This document shows positions 40,030-53,700 of a stretch of DNA of 64,000 nucleotides, in pieces. The notes under the pieces are model-generated. The model made no database searches, was not told where the DNA came from, and was given only the letters and a program-made list of their open reading frames with translations. The stretch is from NCBI GenBank assembly GCA_973851085.1, contig OZ316775.1:16864001-16928000 (forward strand). Reading direction: 5' to 3'. The position numbers and the translations under genes were made by a program. Each line of letters opens with the position of its first letter. Position 1 is the first letter of the stretch. The DNA comes from Ptychomitrium polyphyllum. Taxonomy: Eukaryota.

Positions 40030-40760
40030 CGGAGATCCTGTTTGGAAGTTGTTTTGAAAGACTTAATTAAGATCAAATCCTGAGCTAGGACATTTCAACA
40101 ACAGAAGTCTTGGCTGGTAATCATTAAAGCTTTTTGTAAGGACCAATTGAATCAGTGGGCAAAGAACATTGAGCAAAATATGTCGCTTCTCTTCTTCAAT
40201 AAATTTTGGAATTTGTGAAGATGAAACAAGCAAGCTACAAGAAGAGCTCTTCATGGGACTTGTCGCTAAAAAAGGAGGTGATGTCACGGACATAGATTAT
40301 GCAATATAGTCTTTAGAACCTATTCTAGAATCTTTTGGTATATTATAGTAATTTCTTAGATTACTTTCAACGTCTCCATAGTTGTTTCCACCACCTTAGA
40401 AAATTTCCTAAGAAGGTTCAATTTCTTTGAGAACTTCCTAAGAATGTTCCACTACTTCATGATACTTTTAGAAAAGGTTCCACTATCTTAAGAAACTTCT
40501 TTGAAAGATTCTATAGACTTCTAAAACATTCTTAAGCCTTATAGAAAGCTTCTTTAGAAGTGTTCTAAGAAATTCAAGCATTATAATATAAACAGGAAGC
40601 AAGAAAAGGTATACCTTAGTCTTGCCGACACAAATTGTGGATCATATTGGATCATGCCTTGCTCTAGTATTTGTATTAGTTTTTGTTAATCATTAGCTCT
40701 TTGGAAGCTAATTCTTAAAAAATAATTTGTCTTTGCTTTGTATTTCTTGTATCCCTAACA
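40030..40760 (+). mobile_element. 3' internal fragment, PPT and LTR (40282-40760) of family A
   Basis: 40030-40281 is the reverse-complement homolog of ~16307-16560; PPT aaaaaaggaggtga; LTR TGTCACGGAC...CCCTAACA. Confidence 0.88.
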
Positions 40761-41267
40761 ATTATCACCACATTCCCACCCCTTAATTTAAATTAATTTT
40801 TTCTTCATCTTATTTTTTATTGCAAATCTACATTTTAAAACACTCTTATTTTAATTTTTTCTAATTCATGTGTTAATTTACAATGCAACATGGCTTTCAT
40901 AAATGCCTTAGCTCCAATAAATGATGGTCCAAGATTTCTCTTCCTTGACATCTTTTGCGTGAGACTACACTTTGTGAGCACCAATCTTTGTTTGAATTAT
41001 ATAATTCAAAGCAAAGAAGGCCTTAAAAGACTTAGTTGCACGTTGAGTTTTAAAAATGCTCTTTTGTGGCTAGATTTTAAAAATACTTGTATAAAGAGTT
41101 TTCTTTAGTTTCTTCTTTTCAAATTTGACAAGGAAATTGTAATTGAGTTTCTATTGGTTGAAAGCATAAGTACAACAGCTGGCTTGTAAGAAAGAATGGA
41201 TAAGCAATACAATGGATATATTTGGTGTAGAACCAAAATTTTAATATTATAAACAACATAGGCCTCA

Positions 41268-41368
41268 CATTTTATTATTCTAGTTGTATTGGTCTTTTGC
41301 ATAAGACCAATACAACTAACAAGATTAAAACTTATATAAAAGACTAATATAACTAGAATAATAAAATG
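41268..41368. repeat. Small foldback (31-bp inverted repeat plus an internal second complementary arm)
   Basis: 41268-41298 is the reverse complement of 41338-41368 (2 mismatches); 41281-41296 is the perfect reverse complement of 41303-41318. Confidence 0.85.
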
Positions 41369-41369
41369 A

Positions 41370-42590
41370 ATTTTTTTTGTATCATATTATTCTTTGTTTT
41401 TGAATCATCAAATGTATTAACAAAGAAATAGTCTATGATTAGTAGTTTAGGATTCATTTGAGAGTAGTTTTGTTTACATTACAAGCTCAGAATGTAGTGT
41501 AGTTTTTTATTAAAAAATATTGAGCTGATTATTAAGTAAGCAGTAACTAATGGGCTAAGAAATACTCAAAGGAGTATTTCCACCTTTAAAACTACCGGTC
41601 CTAAAAACCTTACAAGAGCTTGTATCCACCTTGGCCAACATGACCACATTATCAAAGTTGGCATGTGTCAAGGCTCATTGTTGCAAGCAAAACAACTTCT
41701 ATTCGATTAAGTCTTGAAGGTTTTAAATGCCACATATTCCAAGATTGTCTAAAAAGAAAGTAAGAAATTTTTGTCTGAATTTTTGTTGGCAAAAGAAGAT
41801 GATAATAACAAGAAATCCTTGGTCCTTGAAATTTTTTACAAAGTAGGTGACAAGATTAAAGTCTTCATTTCTTTAAAAATTACTAAAAAATCTATTGGCC
41901 TTAAATACCTTCCTTGCTTAGGTCCCTTAGATAAAATCACTAAATTTGGAGGCCTTAATATTTGGAAATTTATTTGCAAGGACATATTTTTTAGGCAGGG
42001 AAAAAATTAAGTATTTGTTTTAAAAATGTCTACTATAGGCTTTTGCTTAAGCCTTGATGTAGTAACTTGTATGCAATCCAAAAGAAACCTTTGAGACTTC
42101 TAGATGATGTTTGACCACGTAAAGCATATCAAGCCTTGAAAAACAATTGTTTGTCACATTTATAATCTTATGAATTGCAAGGTCATGACCATTTCCATTT
42201 GTAACATGCAATCTAAAGACACAAAGGCTTCAATGGCGTAGTTATTAACATGGGCTTTTCTAGTCTTGTATTCAAAGGTTTTATGGTTGACAATGTAGAA
42301 GCCAATTGGAATGTTCTTTATATTGTATACGGAAGCGGAGATAAGGAGGTACAATATCTAATCAAGAATATAGATGTTATTAAAGGCAAAAATACTCCTT
42401 TGAGTATTTCCTAGCCCGTCTATCACTACTCACTTAATAACCAGCTAGACATTCTTTAATCTAAAAACCACATTACATTCTCAACTTATAATATAAATAA
42501 AATTGCTCTCAAATCAGTCCTAGATTATTATTTTGCTCATATATTTGCTAATCCAAAAACAAAGAGAGAGGGAATATAAGGAAAAAAAAA
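41370..42590. repeat. Long inverted repeat, ~200-bp diverged arms (41370-41589 and 42380-42590)
   Basis: gggctaagaaatactcaaaggagtattt (left) versus aaatactcctttgagtatttcctagccc (right), with collinear similarity continuing outward. Confidence 0.8.
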
Positions 42591-44373
42591 TTATAATTCA
42601 AAGAGCATACTTGGAGTTTGCTAATTTCAAACTTTAAATTAGAAATTGTACTAGCGTAAAAATTACATGCCGCCTTTAAAGACGACATTGTTTTATCACA
42701 ATAGTTTATCTAAGTAATATACATGTGATTTTCAAGTTTTAATCTTGTTTGTTGTTGATTACCAAAGGTTAATTATCAATAGTCCATTACCAAGAACACA
42801 TTATTGAGAATAGATCATGCCTTATTAAATATTCTATTGGAAGATTTCCCATAATTTTTCTCTAATAATAATCGCTTGTTATCTTTGACTGCCAAGTTTT
42901 AATTATCAACCATTAAATTTTGATTACCGAGCACTTAATTTAAGGAGGTTACTAACCCTAGGTAATGAATGGTAATCAATCTTTAATACATGCTTGTTCT
43001 ACTAGACTCAATTCCTTGATTGATACACCAAATTTTTGGATTAAACGTAACCTCTAGAATTAATACAAGTGCCTATACATGCAATATAAGAATACAAAAA
43101 ATCTTATCCATGCGGACTTCCAATACTTTGCAATCAAACAATAGTGGATTGCCTCCAATATAGCATTTGGAAAAGGCCTTGTTACTAGCCTACTAAATCT
43201 TCTACCTGGTATTATCAAACTTTCCTTTCGGTATTACCAGATGATAGTTATTTTTGTTAGTTTAAACAATGGATGTTGATCCAAAATTATAGAATCTAAA
43301 ATATACTATGTAAATCCTTAACCAAGAAAATTGAAGGTTGGATGTATTTTCTTTTGAACAATTATTCTTTAATAATATTGAATTACTTCTTTTTAACTAG
43401 TTTGATTGCATCTAGTTCTTTTTTATCTTTTATTTTGTTTCATGTTTCTTGTAAAGTAATTTTTTCTTTGCAGTAGCTACTAATCTATATAACTTAGTTC
43501 TTTGTGTTTTTTTCCTAGTTAGATTGGATTTTTAGTGCATTTTTTAATCAATTCTACAGGTCTTTTTACTATCAATAGTTATAAATTAGGGTCTTCAAAT
43601 CTTTTGACAAAACTTGTTTATTAACTATTTCCTATCTAGTAGTTACCAACCTTAACAGGCCTATGTGAACTACACAAAAACTTCCATTGCCTAAAAGTTG
43701 AAAGGATTATAGGCTAATCTATTTAATACAAACTTGCTTTGTAATTACTTGCTTTGTAATTTCAATTAGGTATGCTCAACTTTATTCAACTTCCTAAATG
43801 AAAAGAATGCCTTCACATATGGCCTCACGTTAGCATTGTTTGATCACTTGCAGTGCATTACAAATATTGTGTGGGCTATATAGATTTGTTGGCTTAACTT
43901 ACTAACTTACTAACTGATTGACAAGAAAATTTATTAATTGAATTAATAACTATGGATTATTTGCTACTTCTAACCAACAGCCTATCAATTGGATGGTTCA
44001 CTTAGAGGCGCCAATTATGCAGTTCTGTCAATTAGGCACTGTAATGGTCCTTCCAATTAATCAATCAACAACTGAACAACCTTTAGCTTCCTACGCCTGG
44101 CAGCAATCTTTGCCACCACATTGTTGTTTACGTTGCTAGAAATGGCTTCCCACCTGGTCGCCATTTCCCAATGATTCTTTCTAAATTACTCCAGTTTGCT
44201 CCCTTTCACTTGCTTGTTGGCAGGATTGCAATCCAAATGGACAACTTACTGCTGGTTGTTATGTCATTGCCATCCCTTTTGCAAGTTCATGCTTGCCATT
44301 CTTGTTGCTAAAGCTTGTGTAGTTATTATCCAAACTTCTTGGCTATCTACGTCACATTGGTGTTGAAGTCTTT

Positions 44374-44746
44374 TGTCATGGACATACATATTAAAAGCTT
44401 CTAGAAAGATTTCTAGGAGGTTCAAATAGGGCAAGGAAGCTTTCAAGGAAGTTACCTCAGCTAAAGAAATTATCTTGGCTAAAGAAGCAACCAAGGTTGC
44501 TTGAATATTAAGTATTGTATTAGAGGCTTTTCAAGAAGCTCCCAGGACTTGTAGTCCTAGTATATATAGGAGTCAAGTCTAAAGATATCTTTTGTCTCAA
44601 CAACGCATCTTTCATCATTTTTTTCAACCTCTTAGTTTTGTCTTTGTATTTTATTATAGCCCTTTGCTTCTAAAATACCGTAAAAATATCTTATGTCATA
44701 TTTTGGAGTCTTGAAGCCTTGCCTTATTGTTACTCTATCAGTAATA
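44374..44746 (+). mobile_element. Degenerate solo LTR related to family B
   Basis: Starts TGTCATGGACATA; tatatataggagtcaagtctaaagatatc...ctcaacaacgcat matches 12465-12510; no clear TSD. Confidence 0.7.
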
Positions 44747-47700
44747 CCATTTACCCTCACAACTTGTTGATGTAGCCTTTAGCTCAATTATGTTGATATA
44801 CTATTCACTTATCGGTGGATTTATTTGCAATTGAGTAACAATCCAAAATCAAGGAATTTTAGCAGTGATGGCACTTCTTTGGAGCCAATGAAGAGCAGTT
44901 CAATTTACTCAAAATTCTCCAAAGCTAGATTTGTGCATGGCTATTCAACACAATCATTCTACTTCCAATTGCCAACTTTTGGAGATGCTTGACTCCTCAA
45001 TGTCGCCAATTCCACTAGACTTGCTACTTGCTACTTCTTAGGCTCACCACTTTTAACTACTTGCTGCCTTGTAATTCTGCTTTGTTGTATTTTCCCTGTT
45101 CTGCTCCTTCCGACTCAACTAAAATGGATCCAATTAAATTTGGCTCTTGGTCCTAACTATGGCTAATCCTATCTGCGAAATTTCCTAATTTAAATGTTCT
45201 ATTCTTCCATTTTTTACCACGGTACTCCAATTCTCTAATTTGTGTTATAATTCTTTTTTTTTTCTTCCTAATTCTCATAATTCTCACTGAACTTATACAA
45301 CTCAATTGCAATTAACAGAGGTAATTTCCCTCACTGCCACTTGTCACTCTCTCAATGTTGGCCAATACCACCCCTATTGCCTTTACTCTTGCCTGCTATC
45401 ATTTTTTCCTTTCTTCTCTTTTGATGGCTCTTTTCTTCAACTTCTAACCTCATTCTTAACTACCATTTTTTCCTAAGTGTTAAATTCACCTCTAAGCTAT
45501 TATCTTGATCCTTAATTCAATTCCAACTCCTTATTTTATTTTTAGTTCCTTACTCTAATTTCAAAAGATCATTCCAACTACCCTTAGTTTTCGACCATAA
45601 TCCTATGCACTTGCTTGCCTAATTCCACCATGGCCAAACTTGATTTTTCCTTCTTTCTGCACATCTTATGTATAATTAATTCAAAAAAAAAAAAAAAACT
45701 AGAGCCTTTCTATGGCTTAAATATAGAGAATTCATTTTAAAACCAATTAATCCTTATATACATCCAATTATTTTTTATTCTTGTTTAATCCTTGACTATT
45801 ACCACTAATGATTAATTTTAATTACCAATTAATAATTTGAGCTAATTATAAGCTTCACACTAAAGCCTAGATTTTACAAATTTGAAAGTCAAACTGTCTT
45901 GAAGTATAGTAATATGAGTCAATTACAAGCAAATTATATTACATCTATTGTATTATTTGCAAATTGAATGCCAAAAAAAATATATTCATTCACACTCCAA
46001 GCCTCAATTTCAACAAAGTGATTTGCATGTTAGGCAAAGATCTGTTCATCTATTCCATTGAATCACCAAGATTTATCCACAATCATTAGCTTTTTTTAGC
46101 CATACAATATGTATGTTTAGAATAATTTTTTTGTTTCTATGTTTTTATGCTTGGAATTTTAATCTTAATGGAACCGTAAACCTAATTAATTTTTGGCATA
46201 ATTTTTTGTCCATCTTGCATGTGCCAATATTCTTTAAGGATTCAATATTGCTACAATATATGGCTTAAAATATAGTGCATACATATTTCTATCTATTTTG
46301 TGGCTTCTATTTCTTCAGTTTGAATGACTCTTCATTTAATTCTTTATATATATTAAAGATAGAATTTTCTCAATACCATAGCACTTGCCCTATTTTACAA
46401 CCTACCTTATTAGTTTAATGGATGCCAAGTGGCAAGTGCATTCCTTCTTCCAAAAATAAATACCAACTAACATTGTTGCACCATTTTTCAAATGCACATA
46501 AAGGGGAAGAAAATCAAATGTGGACCTCTTTCTTTACAATGACCTTTGTAATGTTGCTTGATTCTGAATCCTTAGGAATGAATCCTATATGTACAAATGT
46601 GGTTGTTGGCTAAGTTCTACTTAATTCAAAGGTGCCTAAGGCTCTAAACCTTCTTCTATCATATGCAATTTGCAAAGATTTAAAGAACAACACAATACAA
46701 GTTATGTCAACAATCTCTTATTCCAAACTTTGGAAGTTAGCAACCATCTCCCATAGATTCAAACACCATCAATTTCTCTCCTTGGTTATTGAATCTAATC
46801 TAAATCTACAAATGAAGACTTTTTTACAACTACCTTCACAAAAAATACTTGTACAATAATGCTTGGTAGTGGCCCTACTTATGTTTCAATGCTAACAAAA
46901 TCCCTTATCAAACAAATGTCATTACTAGAAGGTGTGACAAAACCGGTAATCAATATTTTTCTACATGAAGGTTGGAAGTCTCTGGCCTTAACCAATGACT
47001 TGCTCTTATTACAATTCTCTTAAGGTAGTGAGTAATTGTAACAAGATATCAAAGTTTGAATTGTTCATGGTGATACTTATATGTGCAATTAGATAGGATT
47101 CTCATGGTCATTAGAATATACATTTTGTCATTTTTTACAGTCTTTGAGATATTTTGGCAATTTAAGATCTACTCTAATATCTAAATATAGACTTTCAATC
47201 GTTTAATGAATTTATTTTTTTCACTTTTTCAATTCTATTTTTTAAAATTTTGCTAGTTTTAATGAATATATTTTGATTTTATTAAATCTAGATTAAACCT
47301 AGTTATTAATTGTTCCTAGCCAAAACTCACCTTTGCATGCACAATTTTATCATTGGAATTGCACAATGGTTCTTTTCATAATAATAATGTGAATTATAGG
47401 CTTGTTTAGAACAAGCTTAACAAGCAATCAATTCTACCAAATTCATCATTGATCATTAAACTATAAACATTAGATTTAATCCATTTTTTATGACTACTTT
47501 TGCATTTTTTGCTACAATTTTTTTTATTGACAAATTCTACTTTTAATTGAAATTAAAAAAGGAAGAATGTCACTATGTGAGCAAAGTGAGCATTTGCCGT
47601 AAACAATAAGAGGTGAGTAAAACAATTTGCAATCTTTTTCTGAATCTTTATTAACATTAGAATAGAACAAATAGTTATAATTGTGGATTCTATGGTTTTA

Positions 47701-50700
47701 TAAAACAAATTGGCATAATTGTAATGGTAGTGGAATGTAAAGCAATGCAAATACCATAGATTTTTTTTTGCATTAAATCACATGGACATAGATATTAAGT
47801 TCATTTTTTGTTATCATGGATTTTCATAAATACAATTTCTGGTTTCCTTGGATCTTAAAGAATGTCAATTCTATGAAATTTAATTCAGAATTTTTTTTTC
47901 TAAATAAATGTTGGTAGGCTTAAAATTTGTGGCAAATCCAATTTGCTTGCTATTTGAATTATTGGCGCTAAGAATTTAGACAACTAGTAATTGGGTAGTA
48001 GTAAGAATGTGTACTTCACAAGACTAAAATATTTGAAAATATTATGTACTTCCAAATCTATCCTTCTACCATATAATCAATCTATTTATCTTAGAAATTA
48101 ATGCAAAATGCATCTAACGACTTCCTCTAGAAGACCAAAGTACTAATCTTATGAGACTATCCTTCTTGTACCTTGCTTTTGTAAAAGAAAACTTCTAATT
48201 TGGTTGTTGTTTAAATTTTTAGTGCCAAGAGTTTAAATAACAAACAAGTTGGAAGGTAATGTGAACGTATACTAAATGGCATATAAAAATGGAAAGATTT
48301 ATCAATTTTTGGATCCTAGCTTCTATTAGAAGATTCAACCAACCAATTTCAAGAGATGTGTAATTGAATCCTTCATTTTTAATTCCTTGCACTAGGAAAA
48401 AGAAAAATCCACAATTTACTTATAACTTAAATTCTTGGCACCAATACATTAAATTATAAGAAAATTAGAGATGACTAGGTATATGAATCAAACAAGATAC
48501 AATAATTGGATACTAAAATCATTTTATGCTTGTAGCACAATATTCATCAACTTATTAAAACAAGATTGATTGAATATGGACCTTAACTTTGAAATGACCA
48601 TATTTAATACAAAATGATAATAGTAATTTACTTATCAAACAAATTCTTAGTATTAAAAGTTTTACTTCCACATGATTACTACAATCAAATATTCAATTAA
48701 TTTTCCACTGTACTAACATGTTCAATTATTTGGATTAAAAGTATCATGCAATACCAAAATTTACTCCAAGTTTTATTATATTCCAAATGAAACCAAATCC
48801 AATTACACCAAAGAATTTTTTGCCACATTGGCAAGCAATAAACCTCCAGCTTCTATAATTAGAATTTAGAGCATTGTATCTCAACCATAATACTACAAAC
48901 TTACAAACTTTGAGAACTATTATCTTCTATAACATATTTATCATTAAACTTCAAAACCACATGATTTCTTCTATACATGTCTTTTAAAGTAAAAGATGGT
49001 TGCTTAGACTCTGCCAAAGCAATAGCATCAATATATCCAAAAAGAGTAAATGAAAAAAGGAGATTGCAAACAAAATTTGAATTAATAAAGAAAAGGCCAA
49101 TGCTAAAAAAAGATTATATTTATTATTTTCCTAAATTCAGAAATGAAGTAAAATTAGCAATGGACCTAAATATATAAACATGAAAATTGTGTTGCCAAGA
49201 TGGTTGAGGGAATGACTTATTTACTAAATTTAATTTGTTTCATTTAAGTAAAGATTGGCTCCAATCCTTTTTTGACATTATAATTGTCATTTTAAATGGT
49301 GTGATGGTCTTCAATACAAAAGTGGCTATTAGAATACAAAAGATATAAATATATTAAAAATATATAACAAATGGTTTATAATTTAGTAATATGAAGTTGC
49401 AATACAAAGGTTAATTGTAGATATTGGTTTGTATGATCAAATCCATTATAATCATTCTTAATATTTTTAGATTACTTGTTAAGAATTTTAATTGAATCAT
49501 TAACAATTGAAATGGATCTAATCATCCAATTACATTAAAAATAAAAATTTAACATTATTTGCTTGATTTATTCAAATATAAATAACAATATGCAAACATC
49601 TATAATGGTAAAAATCTTATAATGATATTTCATTTTTCGAAGAATTTTCTTTCAAATTCCTTTCTTATCTATAGAAATTCCTAAACATACATCTATTTAT
49701 AAAATTTATAAAATCTCACCAAAGACCTTCAATTTCAAATATTAAAAAATACTCATAAAAGCTCCAAATCAATCAAAATACAATGAATTTTTGACATTTA
49801 AAAAAACATAGCTATCAAAAATGGTCTTATATGTTTTTATGAAAGACTTATAAAATTGGTGGCAAACAAGATGGTGGACAAAGGCAAACATAGTATATGA
49901 AGCAAATGGAGCAAGTGGAAGCAAATATGTTTTCCACTATGGATTTTTAATATGAGAATATGTTTATGTTTTATTGATTATATGGAGTTCCAATTTGAAA
50001 AGTATACCTATTTAGCATGTGACAAATTAACTTTGCCATAACACATATATACAATGGTAATAAGAACAATGCTTTTATCTAGTACTTAACTATAGCCTAC
50101 ATTGATACAATTTGGCATAATATAAGGACAAAATATAAACATTAATATGAACAATCTTAACTGTGAACTTTTGTAATAGTAGTTTTGATTTTTCTTTTTC
50201 AAATCAATTTGAGGTTGAAGAATAAGATGTTCCAAGAAAGTATCCAACTTGCCATAACAAACATATAACTTAAATTGAAAAAGAACATTAGGTTTAATAT
50301 CACATGAAAATAGACTTTAAATGATACACAAAGATCATTTATTAATTGACACAATAATATAGGTTTTTAATAGAATATAGTGGATATAGGAACAAGAAGT
50401 ATATGGGGTATCTACAAGAGTTATACCAAATCATACATGGTACTAACAAGGTACTATTATGGAAGCCAACACTTGAAATCATACACCACACTAATATGGA
50501 TACTTGATAAAAATGTTGGTGACACTTCATACTATCTTAATATTCCTAAGTATGACTTACATGGTAAGTCTATTATGGCATAATGAAAATCACATATGGA
50601 ACAATGTTATCTAATAAGTAGTCTTTCAAGTCACGTAAATTAGTATGTTCCTCAATATCCTTAAATAAATCCATTTTAATCCTAAGTCGTGAGCTCTATA

Positions 50701-53700
50701 CCAGTACTTAACACTGATATCTACGTCTGCCAACCAACTCTTTGTTTGCTGCAAAACATCATGTGTAGCAAGCAAGCACCTAAGAACCTCATTTTTCTCA
50801 ATCCAGCCCGGATTTCTCTGTGTAGAAAAACTTCAGCTTCAAGTTTGAGAAATTGAGATACAAATGCTCAAGAGCATCTGCAACATGAAGTTTGCAAAAT
50901 CAAGCAAAAGGTCAAGCGTGTCCGCTGTCTCAAGTACAGTCTGCAAATGCTTTAGGTGACACAGGCATGTTTAGAAAGCCCGGAAATACCTCAGCCAAGA
51001 ATTTGCTGTAGCCTCCTGTGCTGCTAATCGTTGACGCAACCTTGTGTGCACAAAGAAAATGTTTTGTACACCATATAGCTCCAACCTAATCACTGCTTGT
51101 CATTAAACTTGGAAATTAATAATGTACTTGTAACCAATGCTTGGCAGGCTGCTATAGGTTTTCATTTAGAAGAAAGAAGTTAGTTCTGATAAACTTGCCT
51201 TGTTTACTGTAGTTCCTACCAAGTAGAAATTTGAAATGTTGTTGAAAGTCTAGAACATATGAATATTGATGATAAATGATACAAAATTTAGCAATCTAAA
51301 GATTCTTTTGAAGATATGAATATTTCATGCATTAAAATTATATGAAGAGGAGGGTGCTGTGACAGTCAATATCATTTTTGAAGCTGCTTCAGTTGATGTG
51401 CACAGCGATTATGAACACTTTGAGATGGACGAGACAACGGCTATGGCGTGCACCTTTTCTCGTGAAGCAGTGATTTTACAGTAACTTGTAATGGTACTAG
51501 AGACATTGCTGTGATTGATTTGACATTGACAAAATTGCGTTACAAAGAGATGGTAAAGAAGTGAACTATTATCCTTTGATAAGTTTAACACATTTCAACC
51601 ACGTATATACACTTACAGACTCAACAGGCAAAGTTACTCGGGTAGTTACCCAAACGATAGCTTAATTGTGTATGCCTCTTGAGTAAGCAAACTTCTAATA
51701 TGGGATTCTATTTACAAATTCATATGGATGTGAAGACTCTGCTCAACAGGTCTATGGCTGTAACTACTTGAATCCAGTTTAATTGGCATGGGTTTAAGAG
51801 AGAAGGAATTGAAGAAGTATCGCTAAGGTTGTAGTTTCTAAGGAAGCTATAAACACAGTAGCCTTTGTCATTCTAACTAACTGGACAAGAACTGAATTTG
51901 CCTTGAGAACAGATATCTAACGAGGACATCACGACTATTCTCAGGAACCCTGTTTGATATTATTAAACCTGAAGGATAGAAGGACTGAGCCCTTGCGCCA
52001 CGAGTTTTGGAGTTCCTCCAACGCTGCGACAGTTGTAACCACACACTCCAAAAAATTAAATACACTACAACAGTGTCGATAGGATGTCCGAGTGGCCTAA
52101 CACACTGCCAGTGGTCAACTTGGCACGTCAGTAAACAGAACTGAGCTTACAGTCTAAGAGTTTTTCTTTTATGTGTGTATTAGTTTGTTTTATTTTATAA
52201 TAAATAAACTTAACAGAACCGAATAATAATATACTACAGTATGAAAGTGACTTGTTATCACTTGATGCCTCCGTAATGCCCCCGTTAGGTAGACGCACCT
52301 AACTCCACCTTAGGTGGATAAACATCAATATTAGAAGGATATGATATCTTGGATATATTAGAGTTATTTTTCAAGACTTTCTTGAAGAGGAGAGTTTTGT
52401 AAAATATACTCTAAAACTCGTTTTACCATCAAAATAGTGAAAATGTATTTTATTGTGTTTTTTGAATAAATGAGAAGTCTTTACACTAATGGAATGTAAT
52501 TAAGAAGTCTCAAATTTTGAACCTCTCCAAAGTTAGTTGAACTCCTTTACGTCAACCTTTCATTTGATTAAGGTGGCCAAAAAATTTCCAACTTCCTTCA
52601 ATAAACAAAAGTATTTCAAAACTTGTCTAACAAGAATAATTATTTATAAAGAGAACAAACTTTAGGAACACAATGGTGAAAAAATTCAAATAATTTTGTT
52701 ACATCCAGAAATTTCTTATACTTTAAGATATATTATATTAAAAGAAATTAGTGTTACTGAGTTGATACTATGTTTTATCTGTGAGGAGGATCCTCTCATC
52801 AAGGAGAGGTATTGCATGTCTTTTTCACAAGGAAATGATATGTAGAGCACTAAAACTAACCAATTAACAGTATTTATTACTGCTACTTGTTCATTTGACC
52901 TGAAATTCGCATTTCTAGATTTATAAAACGAATGGCTGTGACTTGAGAGCTTGACTGGCGCAGCAATCAGCTGAGTATCTGTTTGCAATTTATTTTTATG
53001 AAATTTAATGGTAACAAGGGCAGTACGCCAAGGAGCAGACATGACAGCTGGACTATTTTGCTTAGGATTCGATTTTCTTAGGTGCCTTAATTGGCTTTCA
53101 TTTACACTCTTCATTCTTTCAAGGTAATTCCTGATATTTGTGAAGATTAAATTGAGTTTTCTCAATTCTGATTTAGACACTTGTCTGTCTTGAGTAGCTG
53201 AAACTTATTACGTCTCCCTGGACTGTGTAGTTTTTGTAGGGCTTTGGCAAATATTCCATGGGTAATATGAAGGTTTATCTTTGAAAGAATTTGGTAATCC
53301 TGTTAGATAAATATATTCATCCAATAGTATTCATTCAAAATACATTTTCATCTAATTATAATTTACCATTCAAAATTGTTCATTAAACTTGGTAATCCAC
53401 AACACATATACAACAATTTTGTTAAGTACACAAGTAGAATGCATAAGAAATTTTTTGCATCCACATTATATTAAAGAATGCAAGTAGTGTGAAAATTTGA
53501 GAATTGTTGTGATTTACAACAAATACAGTTATTAATTTAATATATTAATTTAATTTAATTAATTTAATTTAGTATATTGCAATAAAATTGGTATTCTTGC
53601 CATAGGCATACTTTGATGAATTGGTTTGAAAGAAATATTAAACATGACTATTATCTGGAATATGGTTTCAATGAATTCAATTTATATTGCAAGATGGTAC

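Noticed and set aside
46400..46900. Possible very old copia RNase H relic (minus-strand FVDLD*-like motif)
   Set aside because: Too degenerate to support by eye; needs a profile search.
52078..52130. gataggatgtccgagtggcctaa resembling the 5' end of tRNA-Leu
   Set aside because: No T-arm/B-box or acceptor stem follows; cannot fold a cloverleaf.
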